DNA of 64,000 nucleotides, taken from contig NW_021834204.1 in NCBI RefSeq assembly GCF_006345805.1, forward strand, positions 1 to 64,000. The letters run 5' to 3'. Positions 62,991-64,000 of this stretch are shown here, piece after piece. The notes below the pieces were generated by a model. It did not search any database, was not told the origin of the DNA, and saw only the letters and a program-made list of their open reading frames with translations. Each line of letters starts with the position of its first letter. The first letter of the stretch is position 1. A program made the position numbers and the translations under genes. The DNA is from Octopus sinensis. Taxonomy: Eukaryota.

Positions 62991-64000
62991 GACTGGAACA
63001 GAACGTTAAGTATAAAAGATTAAAAGAGCTGCATATGTAACGAAATGTTTGTCCGTCAGAAAAACAAACACTCAAAATCATGGCATGTCTTTAACTGTTT
63101 TTATCAAGAACACACACCTAAGATACCGTTGATCTAATGAGGGCGCCTCGACCAGGTCGTATAGCAGGCTAAACGTTGCCAACAAAACCCTTCTCATACT
63201 ACATCTTAATACAACGGTTTGTAAATGGTCTGACGCATATGATTTTTTAAAAACATTATGTATGGCTTTTGAACATTTCATATTAATGCTTTAGCATCAT
63301 GAAAACAGGTAATCATATTTTTTTCTATACATACGTATTATTAATAAAACAAAGGAAGCAATGGTTTTCTATCGTTTTTACTAAACTTTTCATTTTACAA
63401 CATAGCTTTTTTAAAATAACTTTCCGTGCAAAATATTTTTTTCAATTTGATTTATAGTGTACAACGAAATGAAAAACATTGAGACTCACTGCTCTGTCTT
63501 CTTCAAATATTGCATTAAAATATCTTAGATATATTATGCATATTATGCTAGAAAGAAATGAGATGGAATGATTTCGACTGGAATATCATTGAGCAGAAAT
63601 TTATTGAGTCGCGAATGAGCAACGACATCAAAAGTTACAGCTCAAACAAGATGTAATCTTCATATTTGCTATGGAACGCTGATTTTGATAATCTTTGATG
63701 ATCATTCCTGGTGACCCTATATGCATAATATAGTGACCAACCTTTCCCTTCAGAAGTCACATAACCCAGCTCTGATCTCTCGGTGGAGTTCGTAAAAGAT
63801 CCACGATGAATTATTACGGTTCCTTTATTAGGATAGGAGCCGCTGCTATGCACACACATATTCTTGAACGCTATGATTAGACTAATTGGGAAAATACGAA
63901 CTCTCTAAAACCTCTAATGTCTTGTCTTCTACTTTTACCACCATTGACTCCACTCCTCAGGTTTATTACTTACTTGCATGTCTTATTAGATTTTTGAGGC

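Noticed and set aside
63635-63859. 74-aa minus-strand ORF near the window end
   Set aside because: No recognisable homology or clear splice signals; the length is within chance expectation.

Overview
AT-rich, intensely repetitive animal genomic DNA. The density of microsatellites and the tRNA-derived SINE families suggest a coleoid cephalopod such as Octopus (inference from recognition; not checked by search). No intact host gene, rRNA, functional tRNA or CRISPR array is supported, and almost all long ORFs in the track are microsatellite read-throughs. Recognisable content is as follows. (1) A 5'-truncated, disrupted R4/Dong-clade LINE (RT + CCHC + restriction-like endonuclease) in a (TAA)n tract, followed by three near-identical 3' ends of a second Dong subfamily. 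(2) Two 5'-truncated L1/Tx1 LINEs plus several 3' tips tied to (TATC)n. (3) A decayed Penelope-like element (RT + Cys linker + GIY-YIG) and two PLE terminal repeats, one with a minimal hammerhead-like fold. (4) Two non-autonomous Helitrons, three MITEs and a long foldback. (5) Many SINEs (my working labels A-E), some as multimers or as stacks at a re-used target site. (6) Older RTE, CR1-like, I/Jockey-like, L1-like and mariner remnants. One GC-rich island at about 25.35-25.53 kb may be a first coding exon with a signal-peptide-like stretch. I see no strong evidence for a wholly new biological system. The best leads concern retroelement targeting behaviour and a non-canonical hammerhead variant.
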